A stretch of DNA of 63,447 nt, the filler included, from Octopus bimaculoides (Eukaryota): NCBI RefSeq assembly GCF_001194135.2. It is 5 parts of 5 records of this genome, joined end to end, with 100 filler letters (N's around TTAATTAATTAA, not from the genome) between each part and the next. Parts side by side here need not be neighbours in the genome. Positions count along the whole stretch, not along the records: positions 44,663 to 57,778 come from NC_068991.1; positions 57,879 to 61,651 come from NC_068984.1; positions 61,752 to 63,447 come from NC_068996.1; 2 more parts are not named here. One strand, written 5' to 3'. The notes under the pieces were generated by a model. The model was not told the DNA's origin and ran no database searches. It saw only the letters and a list, made by a program, of their open reading frames with translations. Shown piece by piece: positions 53,592 through 63,447 of this stretch. Within the stretch, counting starts at the first letter, position 1, and each line of letters begins with the position of its first letter. A program made the translations under genes and the position numbers.

Positions 53592-54559
53592 ACTAGCAAG
53601 TAATTAACAATGTCGTCGATAAGCTCTCAGTACATCGTACATACTGTAGCAGAGGTCCGATTTGCAGATATTCTCTTGACTCTGGGACGAAAAAAAAAAG
53701 AACATGGACATCAACACTTTCATTTGATCCCCTCCAACCCAGTTCCTTTATATTATTAATAGGGCCGATAATAAGGTGATGAACCCCTGATCACGGAACA
53801 TATTAACTTTTGCCTATAAACGGCACTTGCAGGAAAATATGTATCATTACCGAAACACTGGAAACAAATATTTCAATAAATAAAACAAAGAATAAGAAGA
53901 GCCAAACAGTTCAAAGAGAAAATTTCGTTAAATTCTGAAGCTAGTTACAATTGTTGTCGTTATAGTCGTTGTTTATTCTGCAAGTTGGCTCTGGTCAATC
54001 AGATCTGTAACACACACCAACAAAAAACTTTCTTTTGTTATCCAAAAAATTTGGATCTGAACTAGAGTTTTTTTTTTTTTTTGACACACAGAATCCAAAA
54101 ATGACACCCATTTGTTACTATCACGTCAAACTTTTAAGATACTGGATTCATAGAACTTTTCGATAAAACAATGCATAACATACAAAGATACATAGAAATG
54201 AGTTTTCTTTCAAAAACCAGAATGTTTTCTAAAATTGGACTGAAAACCAATAAAAATCATGAAATTTCTAGAGACAAATTACATTATTTATGCCTAATTA
54301 CCCATGAATTTACGTGTGGCTGATTTTCTCGACAACTGAATCTCAGGAAGATCACAAGCCAAGTTCCAGAAATAGTCTACCATCCTATGCAAGTCCAATC
54401 TGACTTAATACTTTTGTTCCATTTATTTTATGTCTTGATGGAAATATCATCCCTGCTTGTCACTTGTGTCACTAAGATTTTCAGGGAATTTATCAAGATG
54501 ACTGTGGAGGTTGTGTATCTTTATGCTCGTATTTGTACCACCTTCTGAAAGCTCCCTTA

Positions 54560-54812
54560 GTGGAGGCACACAGCTTTGTGGTTAAAGTGTTGGACTCAAG
54601 ATCAAAAGATTGTGGTTTCGATTCCTGAACCGGGCGATGCGTCTTTTGTTCTTGAGAAAAACACTTCATTTCACGTTGCTCCAGTCTACTCCACTGGCCA
54701 AATTGAGTAATACTGCAACGGACCGACATCCTGACCAGGCGGGAGATATATACGCCATGAAACCGGGAAACAACTGGCATGACTCAAATAGGTAACTTTC
54801 TTTTAGCTTTAC
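54560..54812 (+). mobile_element. tRNA-derived SINE
   Basis: Same family as 5790-6028. Confidence 0.8.
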
Positions 54813-55525
54813 CTGAAAGTCCTCCAGCATGTTGTCGACTATTGCAGTAGAGACGCCTGATTTCTTGTTGTCCAGAGAGTCATTTACGGCTATTTAAGAT
54901 GAATTCCAACCTGCTGCGTCAATGCAATTCTTTGAATTTACAAAGTTCCCATTTTTCATCTATTTTATGAATTGAGGCCCATTGGCTTTTCCTGGTTCAA
55001 TGAAAGGCTCCTCAACTACATTAAAAAACCCTCAGACTAATGTTCGCTGTAGACATCCTTTGACATCCAGTGTTTTCTCTGGCTTTGATGTCCCCACATA
55101 CATAAAGCGCATAGATATTTGATGTATACGCTTTGTTGATCGAGCAGAAAGTTTATAATTTTTATTATTAAGTCCACGCATATCACCCACTGATGATTGG
55201 GGTATGGGTATCTTGAAACCTAGACGTGATGGTAAAAAAATGGATCCCAGTTTTGGATTCAGTATATATATAAAAAAAAAAACCTTAAAATCAGGTAAAA
55301 ACGTTTTGACAACAAAATACTTTTTGGGTTGTATAATGAAAAACGTTGCAGCCTTTGCAAACCGATTTTTATTNNNNNNNNNNNNNNNNNNNNNNNNNNN
55401 NNNNNNNNNNNNNNNNNNNNNNNNNNNNNNNNNNNNNNNNNNNNNNNNNNNNNNNNNNNNNNNNNNNNNNNNNTGGGTTGTATAATGAAAAACGTTGCAG
55501 CCTTTGCAAACCGATTTTTATTTCA

Positions 55526-55704
55526 GTTGTGGTGCAGCTTGGAGAGAACTACCCAATGTGTCTTCATTTTCTAAAATGGTAAGCTGTGAATTCCAGGAGA
55601 ATCATGCTGTTATTTCGAACATGTTGAGTGAACATGCAGAGGTTCCCTCGATCGAAGTATTTGTAAGCTACAAGCTCCATCAGGAAATGGTCTATACTGC
55701 TTAG
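55526..55704 (+). CDS. Candidate exon (CGAAWRELPNVSSFSKM...SIEVFVSYKLHQEM)
   Basis: TTTTATTTCAG acceptor; two internal GTAAGC donors in phase 0; open frame; product not recognised. Confidence 0.25.
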
Positions 55705-55807
55705 TAATGTGTGTGTGTGTGTGTGCGTGTGTGTGTGTGTTAAATAAAATGAGACAACAAAGCGAAAGCTGTGTGAAATTTTCAGGACATTTATAAAAAG
55801 AAACTTA

Positions 55808-55855
55808 GTCTTACAGCTGTTTCTGGGATAATAGGTATATCCCTTCATCAGAGAC
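55808..55855 (-). ncRNA. Minimal type I hammerhead ribozyme
   Basis: GTCT-CTGATGA-A-GGGATA/TATCCC-A-GAA-ACAGCTGT-A-AGAC: intact core, palindromic stem III, GUA cleavage triplet. Confidence 0.75.
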
Positions 55856-56362
55856 AATTTGAAGTGGTTAAATAGAGGGAAACAGTAGAGTTCAATATAA
55901 GGAGTTATTTTGAAAAAGGATGGAAATAAGAAGTATAAAGGGTAATAAGAGAATAAAAGTCAAAATAAAAATATATGTAGGATGTAATAGTTGCAGTTCC
56001 ATTATCCAATATGTGTGTGTGCGTGTTCTTTTATTCTTTCAGCCATTCAACTGCGGCCATGCTGGAGCACTATATATATAATTTCTACGAGGAAAGGTTT
56101 GAAAGTGACTTCGAATCTTTGGGTTGCTCGGCTTCATCAAACTGTCACGGTCTAAAGAAAGTGAGAAAGCCATATTTCAAAGTCACTGTCAACATTTTCC
56201 TGGTAAAAGTTAAATATATACACACTCTATTTAAGTTTTAAGTAATACTTCTATTTAATGTTGAAAGAAATACAATTAAACCTTGGGAGAGGCATTATGC
56301 TGGTAATAAGCACACGCACTGGTTCAGTCCTTTATTAATTTATAAACAGTATATAGTTTTTT

Positions 56363-56403
56363 GTTAAATCATTTCATTGCACTCTTGCAATCTCTTCAGT
56401 AAC
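56363..56403 (-). ncRNA. Minimal hammerhead, second family
   Basis: GTTA-CTGAAGA-G-ATTGCA/TGCAAT-GAA-ATGAT-T-TAAC, directly after a ..FKSTPNHTFK.. Penelope-like ORF end. Confidence 0.5.
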
Positions 56404-57150
56404 TTGTCTCTCCACTTCCATTTATTTTGAATGTATGATTTGGTGTTGATTTGAAACTGTTCGGTATGAGCATGTGAGTGTGTGCAACCTCGTATGTGTG
56501 CACACTCATATCTGTGCACGCACTTATGTGTTCGTGCTTATATGTAAGTATGTGCATCCATATTTGTGTTTGTAACAATTTCGTTTATATCAGATAAGAT
56601 AGAGACTTTGGACTTGGTTTTGGTTTCCCTTCTGTTATTTTTTGTTTTCTTCGTAAATGCGTCTTTTTTATTTACGTTCACGTTCTGTATTTTATGTGTG
56701 AACAACATATGCAAAAATGGGTAATTGCAAGGCTTTTATCTACGTGTATTTGCTGTTCAAAATTGGTCGCGTTTCAGTTATGAAGATTGACTCTTGTATT
56801 TGCAATATAGTCACAATATTTAAATAACTTCGTAAATTGAAAATGATATAGATTATATTTAAAAAAGTCTTTTTCTAAAAGCAAGTTGACGCAGATCTGA
56901 TGAGTGGTAATCCTTATGGGTTATCTTATAATAAAATTTGTCTTTGAAAAGCTTAAACAGCGAAAAAGCACTTACTCATAAACTTGCGTTAATCTCCATT
57001 TTCTTAAGATATTTTAATATACTTAATAATTCTTAATTTAGAAATTGTTTTTCGCATGCACGCACACACTCACATATATGAATGTGTGTGTGTGCATATG
57101 TACATATATATGTGTGTGTGTGTGCATATGTACATATATATGTGTGTGTA

Positions 57151-57235
<85 letters not shown>

Positions 57236-57397
57236 TCAAAAGAAGCTAGCACTTTAGTGCAAGTTTTATTCACTTGTTACTCACTTACGCCCTATTCTGA
57301 ATAAACCCATACTTCTTCAAAACCGCAGTTAAACGTAATATGGTCTAACTCTAAGCTATGTGATGTACAGTTCACCGCAATATTAAATCTTACTTAC

Positions 57398-57506
57398 CGG
57401 CTATGAGGTATTTTTTTCCTACATCAAAACGTGACACACAATTTGGAGGGGTTACAAGAAACTCCAATGAATAAGTTCCAGCGTCATTCAGTCTTGAAAC
57501 GTCACC
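57398..57506 (-). CDS. TIMP/NTR-domain-like exon (GDVSRLNDAGTYSLEFLVTPPNCVSRFDVGKKYLIA-G)
   Basis: Acceptor TTTTCCATTTTCTCCTTAG and donor GCCG|GTAAGT; 109 nt open. EFLVTPP..C...DVGKKYLIAG parallels TIMP2 EFIYTAP..CGVSLDVGGKKEYLIAG (recalled, not searched). Confidence 0.65.
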
Positions 57507-58065
57507 CTAAGGAGAAAATGGAAAAGAACTCTTTGGATTCCGTTAAAGAAATTATGGTATTTCATAAAAACAGATGAGAGGGTTTCTATGGCACCTACTG
57601 GAAACTCACTTATTCTACTTAAAACAATCAAAATACATCCTACTGCCTTCTCTATATGTATGCACCCTCCTCCACCTATCTCTTTCTCTCTCACGCACAC
57701 ACACGCACACACACATACACACGCACAAACACACACACACACAAACAGACACAGACACAGACACAGACACACACACACNNNNNNNNNNNNNNNNNNNNNN
57801 NNNNNNNNNNNNNNNNNNNNNNTTAATTAATTAANNNNNNNNNNNNNNNNNNNNNNNNNNNNNNNNNNNNNNNNNNNNTATATATATATATATATATATA
57901 AACGAATAGGCGTCTTTATTTTTAATGGCGCTGTAACATAGGAAACATAATCCTTAACTAACTGAAATATAAGATTTGATGGTTTAAAATAATATACTTA
58001 GTATCTAGAGGTAATCTGGTTAATATTTAAAGTAATACACACGTGCGCGCATACGCGCACAAACG

Positions 58066-58132
<67 letters not shown>

Positions 58133-60069
58133 GCGTGTGTGGATTTTGCGCTTGCATGTGTGTGTGTGTATTTCCCAGTTAAACTTTCTTCAAATGGCTA
58201 TTTACTTATTTTGTTTCACTCTATATAATAAGAAATCAAGTTTAGTACACGAAATATTATTAAATTTTTAGTATTTTTTAAGATTAATTTTCAGTACAAA
58301 TCTATAGAGTTCATCTAAAAACTCTGTTAGAGTTAAAAAATATCATTACACCCTGACCATCAATTCTAAAGTATTTGAAGTTTACAAAACGGGTAAGGAT
58401 TCAAGCCCTTAAAATCGATCCCTTTTCATGTATATCTCTATTATATGTTTTGTGCATTTCATACGATATTCAATGAGCCCATCTAAGATTAAAATACTAA
58501 CATCTCCAACGTTTTCTAATTTACTGAATCATTCTTGGTATGAATTACATAAATAAATATAAAACGAATTAAAGGTCTTAGTTCTTAACGGTGTCAAATT
58601 ATGGGAAACATAATCTTTAACTAACGATGAACTGCAAGACAAAATAGTTTAAAATAATATATTTATTATCTGAACCTAATTTGATTAATATCTGTACTAA
58701 AACTGACTTCACTATTTGACTGTGACTATCTGTGTATCATATTTCAATGTATACGCACCGCCATGAGGCTGTTTCAATTGCGCGCGCCGATTTTTTCTAC
58801 AGTTCGGCAAACTTCCGCAATACAGTAAATGTTTTAATCACTGTTTTGTCAATATCGAGGCACATATTTCCTTTAAGCAGGTGACAGTCGGCTACATGGC
58901 ATTGACATGCCTCAACGAAGGCAAAACACAATTATCTTTTTCGGTAAATAACTGAAGTCACGATATTCGTTTCGCTTCTATATATGTTTTGTTTCTAACA
59001 CAACTTTATGAAGATATTTTATCTCAGACAATTCTACAGCATCATGCCTTCTAACGGTGTATATACATTTTGTATGAGACGTAGATGGCGATTTTTATTT
59101 GATGTTGTTTCAGTTGCGTACATTGACTGCTTGATATTGGTAAAGCACAACGTTACAGAAATTATTTTTTTAAATAAAACACTCTCCATTACGATCTCGG
59201 ATGTATCTTTTTGAAATGTAATAAAAGCTTCAGAAATCCTCACAAAATTTACCTAGTAATATATGTTGAAATATCATATCCACAGATTGAGTTTCATAGA
59301 CATTTGCGAAATTGCGTTACATTTGAGCTTTCTGTGAAACTAATCCAAGACCACTCCCCTAGCAAACAATGACACTAAACTTATCTTACAAGATTTCGAG
59401 AGGAACATGTCAGTTAATGTGAATAAATAACTCCTATATTAAAGGAATTCTGAAACAAAGAGTCAGTTTGGTCCTCACTGGCAACAGTCATATTGACTTC
59501 GAACGTTAACTCAGAATATTTATAAGATATCGAAGAACAGATTAAATTAAAAATTTACCCCCCAATAACAGCACCAGAAATGGTGTGATTGCTATTGGGA
59601 AATAAACAGCATTAAAATCACATTCGACAATAATATACCTTCTTGTTCACCTCGAACGGCAATATTTTATCTACTTTCAAGAAAGAAACAAAAAGAAACG
59701 GAGGAGAGCGTTACAAAACACTTATTTCCAAAACATTTCTTTGGCAACATAATTTATCTTGAATCGAAGCAATGCACCCGTTATATAGTTTCCATATATA
59801 GAAAGTCATGAATTACCATTATGCCATTGATAAAAGAACAACAAGCTGGAAACCATAGTACTTCAAGTGAAAGTCTTGCTTAAAGTTTGAATGAGTACGT
59901 AAGTTTGATGGTGCTTATCCAGATCTCATTTCAACTATAGCAGAGAATATAAATTGTGGATACTCCTTCGAAGCTAGTCCGAGTATCTATGACTGCAAAA
60001 GTGTATCCACATACTGCTTTTATTATTATAATGACGTGTTCTGATTTAGATACAAAGTCAACAATTTTG

Positions 60070-60428
60070 AGGGAAGGAGTAAGTCAATACCAATCGACAC
60101 CAGTACTTGACTGGTACTTTATTTTATCAAAGATCAAAGGTAAAGTTGGCCTAGGTAGGATTTGAACTCAGAACCTAAAGAGCAAGAAGAAATACCTCAA
60201 GGCAGTTTCTTCGACGCTCTCACGATTCTACTTGTCAGTAATAGTTTGCTTTTCTTCCACCAAATTGAAAGATAGGGGTTAATCCAAAGGTATATTCTTT
60301 TCTACTCTAGGCACAAGGCTTGAAATTTTTGGGAAGGGAGCCAGTCGATTAGATCGATCCCGGTACGCAACTGGTAATTAATTTATCGATCCCGAAAGGA
60401 TGAAAGGCCAAGTCGACCTCGGCGGAAT
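60070..60428 (-). mobile_element. Two Meta-like SINE pieces (60070-60230 and 60300-60428)
   Basis: Repeated CTGGTA..TTATCGA..AAAGGATGAAAGG core. Confidence 0.75.
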
Positions 60429-60902
60429 AATCCAAGGGTACATCACATAATGTGTAGTTGGGAGCAATAAATGGACACCAGCAGATAAGAAACAGGTTTC
60501 TAATTTATTACATATGTGCCACCTATGGCCATTTACAAACTCCATAATGCCAGACTACTCTACTAAGAAAGACAAGTGTCCTTTCCTACCTTTGGTTTCT
60601 GGTCTACAATTGAAGGATCAAGGAAGACCTATTCCAACAGATCATATCCCCTTTTAAGACTGGATTAGGAATCATGTATGTCAATAAAGCGAGTACTCTA
60701 GCTGTCTGACGCTACAAATTTGTCGTGAGCCAATTCTTTAATGACCTACAGACGGCGAAGGTGAATAGCTGCTCATGTAACCCTATAATATTAAAACGAA
60801 ATTTTAAAACTCATTCCTTTAATTTCGTTTTTATTCTGTCTAATGAAACCAAAACTGTTCTAATGTTTTAAAACGTGTGCTATCAGGCAGTCTTGAACAT
60901 AC

Positions 60903-61081
60903 CTATCTTTGATCTCCAATCTCTCATCCTTTACTGCAACTCGAAACATCAGTTTGGATGCACTGCTTGGGTTTACTTGGAAGGAATACCCAATTTCTTT
61001 CAGCTTAAAAATTCTCGTCCTAAAAGTTCCACTCTGTCTACTCCGACATATTGCAGAGATAAATTTACTGTTTATAAACTG
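60903..61081 (-). CDS. Candidate exon B (QFINSKFISAICRSRQSGTFRTRIFKLKEIGYSFQVNPSSASKLMFRVAVKDERLEIKD)
   Basis: TTGTTATTCTTCAG|CAG acceptor and AG|GTATGT donor; 179 nt, phase 0-2. The plus strand also has an open frame here. Confidence 0.5.
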
Positions 61082-61320
61082 CTGAAGAATAACAATTATA
61101 TTTTTATTGACTAACAATGAATGCCACATTTAATGTTAAATTAATTTAGCAGCCAATCGAATATTAGTTTAGTTACACACCCACAAAGTGATGTATTTAC
61201 TTTTTATTTGATCGAACTGGATTTTACAAAATCGCTTGAAAAAAAAAAAACTGAACAGTAGATGTCTTTATAAACTGCCGCCTACCTATAGAGTTTTAAT
61301 TTGATGAAAAAAATTCTTAC

Positions 61321-61378
61321 CTTATTAAAGGGCCAAAGCACAATACAACAAATCAAGACACAAGCGTAGAGGGGACAT
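61321..61378 (-). CDS. Candidate exon A of unknown minus-strand gene (CPLYACVLICCIVLWPFNK; hydrophobic)
   Basis: Strong donor AAG|GTAAGA, weak acceptor; only one open frame, phase 2-0. Confidence 0.3.
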
Positions 61379-61404
61379 CTAATTAGCGAGTACTTGCATC
61401 AGTC

Positions 61405-61651
61405 TACCTAGGGCTAGGATGCGTGCTCTAAGAAACGAAGGTGTTGGAGCCGCACGAGAGGCCCGGGTGGCGGAGGCGCAACAGGGCAACAAAGCCACCA
61501 TTCGGTCTCTGGTGGACGAACAGGGGCGCGAACTGCTCGAGCCAAGCAAAATGTGTGAGGCCTTTCAGCGGCACTTTGCTCGACTGTTTGGGACGAATGG
61601 CGAGCGAGAACGCAGGGTGGACTTCAGTGCCTACCTGCACAGCCTGCCACG
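61405..61651 (+). mobile_element. L1/Tx1-type LINE ORF2 fragment (EN-RT linker)
   Basis: RARMRALRNEG..NKATIRSLVDEQGRELLEPSKMCEAFQRHFARLF. Confidence 0.65.
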
Positions 61652-61769
61652 NNNNNNNNNNNNNNNNNNNNNNNNNNNNNNNNNNNNNNNNNNNNTTAAT
61701 TAATTAANNNNNNNNNNNNNNNNNNNNNNNNNNNNNNNNNNNNNNNNNNNNATATTCTTTTACTCTTTT

Positions 61770-62240
61770 TCTCTTTTACTTATTTCAGACATTTGACTGC
61801 AGCCATGCTGGAGCATCGCCTTTTATCCGAGCAAATCGACCCCAGGACTTATTCTTTGTTAAGCCTAGTACTTATTCTATCGGTTTCTTTTGCCGAACCC
61901 GCTAAGTTACGGGGACGTAAACACACCAGCATCGGTTGTCAAACGATGTTGGTGGGACGAACACAGACACGCAAACATATACACACACATACATATATAT
62001 ATACATATACACGAGTGGCTTCTTTCAGTTTCCATCTACCAAATCCACTCACAAGGCTTTGGTCGGCCCGAGGCTCTAGTTGAAGACACTTGCCCAAGGT
62101 GCTACGCAGTGGGACTGAACCCGGAANNNNNNNNNNGGCTCTAGTTGAAGACACTTGCCCAAGGTGCTACGCAGTGGGACTGAACCCGGAACCATTTGGT
62201 TGGTAAGCAAGCTACTTACCACACAGCCACTCCTGCGCCT
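61770..62240 (-). mobile_element. Full-length SINE with internal (TA/CA) tract
   Basis: tRNA-like head at right and ..GCATGGCTGCAGTCAAATG..TGAAA tail at left; tail fragments also at 2375, 23880-23985 and 56035. Confidence 0.85.
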
Positions 62241-62709
62241 ACATATATAAATAATAGATTTAGATTCAAAATTCGAATATGGGCGCTTAAGTTTTTAGGC
62301 ACCAGAATATAGTATGGTATAATCCAAACATTTCCAAAGAAGCAAGGTGATCAAATAATAAAAAAAAGAGCAACACGGATTTTAAAGATTATTGCAGTAC
62401 ACACGTTTCAGGCAACTCCATTTATTCAAGTAATGCGAGCATTACGCTAAATGCAAAAATGTAGGGTAATTTTCAGCTGCATAAGGATGTAGATTATTAT
62501 AGTATATGTACATATTACCATTGGGGCAACATTTAGAATCTAAGTGGGAAGAAGAATACATAAGGATAAGGGGGCAATCACATCTAAGGAAAGGGTAGGT
62601 GTAACCATTATTCTCCCTACATATGATTATGAAGGTTTCTCTGGTCAGAGTGGCAACACTATTTTAGGCTGGGTTTTGTTTTTACTGCTATCATGGTTGG
62701 CACTCCGTC

Positions 62710-63070
62710 GGAGTGGTTGGCGTTAGGAAGGGCATCCAGCTGTAGAAACTCTACCAAATCAGATCGGAGCCTGGTGTAGCCACCTGGTTCCCCAGTCCTC
62801 AGTAAAAATCGTCCAACAAAGCACCCACTACACTCTCGGAGTGTTTGGCGTTAGGAAGGGCATCTAGCTGTAGAAACTCTGCCAAATCAGATTGGAGCCT
62901 GGTGTAGCCATCTGGTTTCACCAGTCCTCAGTCAAATCGTCCAACAAAGCACCCACTACACTCTCGGAGTGGTTGGTGTTAGGAAGGGCATCCAGCTGTA
63001 GAAACTCTGCCAGATCAGATTGGAGCCTGGTGTAACCATCCGGTTCACCAGTCCTCAGTCAAATTGTCCA
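62710..63070 (+). repeat. Three tandem copies of a 128-bp SINE-internal unit
   Basis: GGAGTG(G/T)TTGG(C/T)GTTAGGAAGGGCATC starts at 62710, 62838 and 62966. Confidence 0.9.
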
Positions 63071-63099
63071 TGGAAAGCGGACCTTAAACGATGATGATG

Positions 63100-63447
63100 T
63101 TGTTGGCACTCCGTCGCTTACGACGTCGTTGATTCCAGTTGATCCGATCAACGGAACAGCCTGCTCGTGAAATTAACGTGCAAGTGGCTGAGCACTCCAC
63201 AGACACGTGTACCCTTAACGTATTTCTCGGGGGATATTAAGCGTGACACAGTGTGACAAGGCTGACCCTTTGAATTACAGGCACAACAGAAACAGGAAGA
63301 AAGAGCGAGAGAAAGTTGTGGTGAAAGAGTACAGCAGGGTTCACCACGAACCCGTGTGGGGCCTCGTGGAGCTTTAGGTGTTTTCGCTCAATAAACACTC
63401 ACAACACCCGGTCTGGGAATCGAAACCGCGATCCTCTGTCCGCGAGT
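63100..63447 (-). mobile_element. Long SINE (head runs off the window)
   Basis: Reverse complement matches 37052-37430. Confidence 0.85.

Noticed and set aside
55326-55520. Exact duplications flanking short gaps (also 27800-27925 and 62093-62190)
   Set aside because: Overlapping contig ends (negative gaps), not biological repeats.
55526-55689. Synapsin exon
   Set aside because: Lacks the highly conserved DKPWVF motif; resemblance is limited to a few residues.
58700-58930. ACQC.. and YDTQIVTVK as TIMP N-terminal exons
   Set aside because: Different frames, stops, and no usable splice sites.
59956-60165. ORF with a GTAAGT donor
   Set aside because: The donor lies inside a SINE tail.
62710-63070. 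CTGAGGA..GAAA in the 128-bp unit as a ribozyme
   Set aside because: The GAAA lies in a hairpin loop; wrong topology.

Overview
AT-rich eukaryotic scaffold, very dense in microsatellites, with many N-gaps. The repeat landscape (tRNA-headed SINEs, Penelope-like elements, Helitrons, (TA)n/(CA)n/(AAT)n tracts) fits a cephalopod, Octopus-like genome (inference). Most listed ORFs are artefacts of gaps or microsatellites. Real coding signal: (1) a plus-strand multi-pass membrane protein whose terminal exon is 52620-53591; (2) a TIMP-like exon on the minus strand at 57398-57506; (3) a phase-consistent chain of minus-strand exons (61.3k, 61.0k, 49.0k, 37.9k, 31.8k) of an unidentified gene with very long introns. 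Mobile content: a Penelope-like RT/GIY-YIG element, two further Penelope endonuclease remnants, two Helitrons (one apparently holding a Ty3/Gypsy gag+LTR), an L1/Tx1 fragment, a foldback MITE and about 20 SINE copies. Most interesting: at least four distinct minimal type-I hammerhead ribozyme families, one joined to a tRNA-type Pol III head, and a textbook recursive-splice motif (polyY-AG|GTAAGT) on the minus strand. All calls were made by eye with no database search; exon models are hypotheses.
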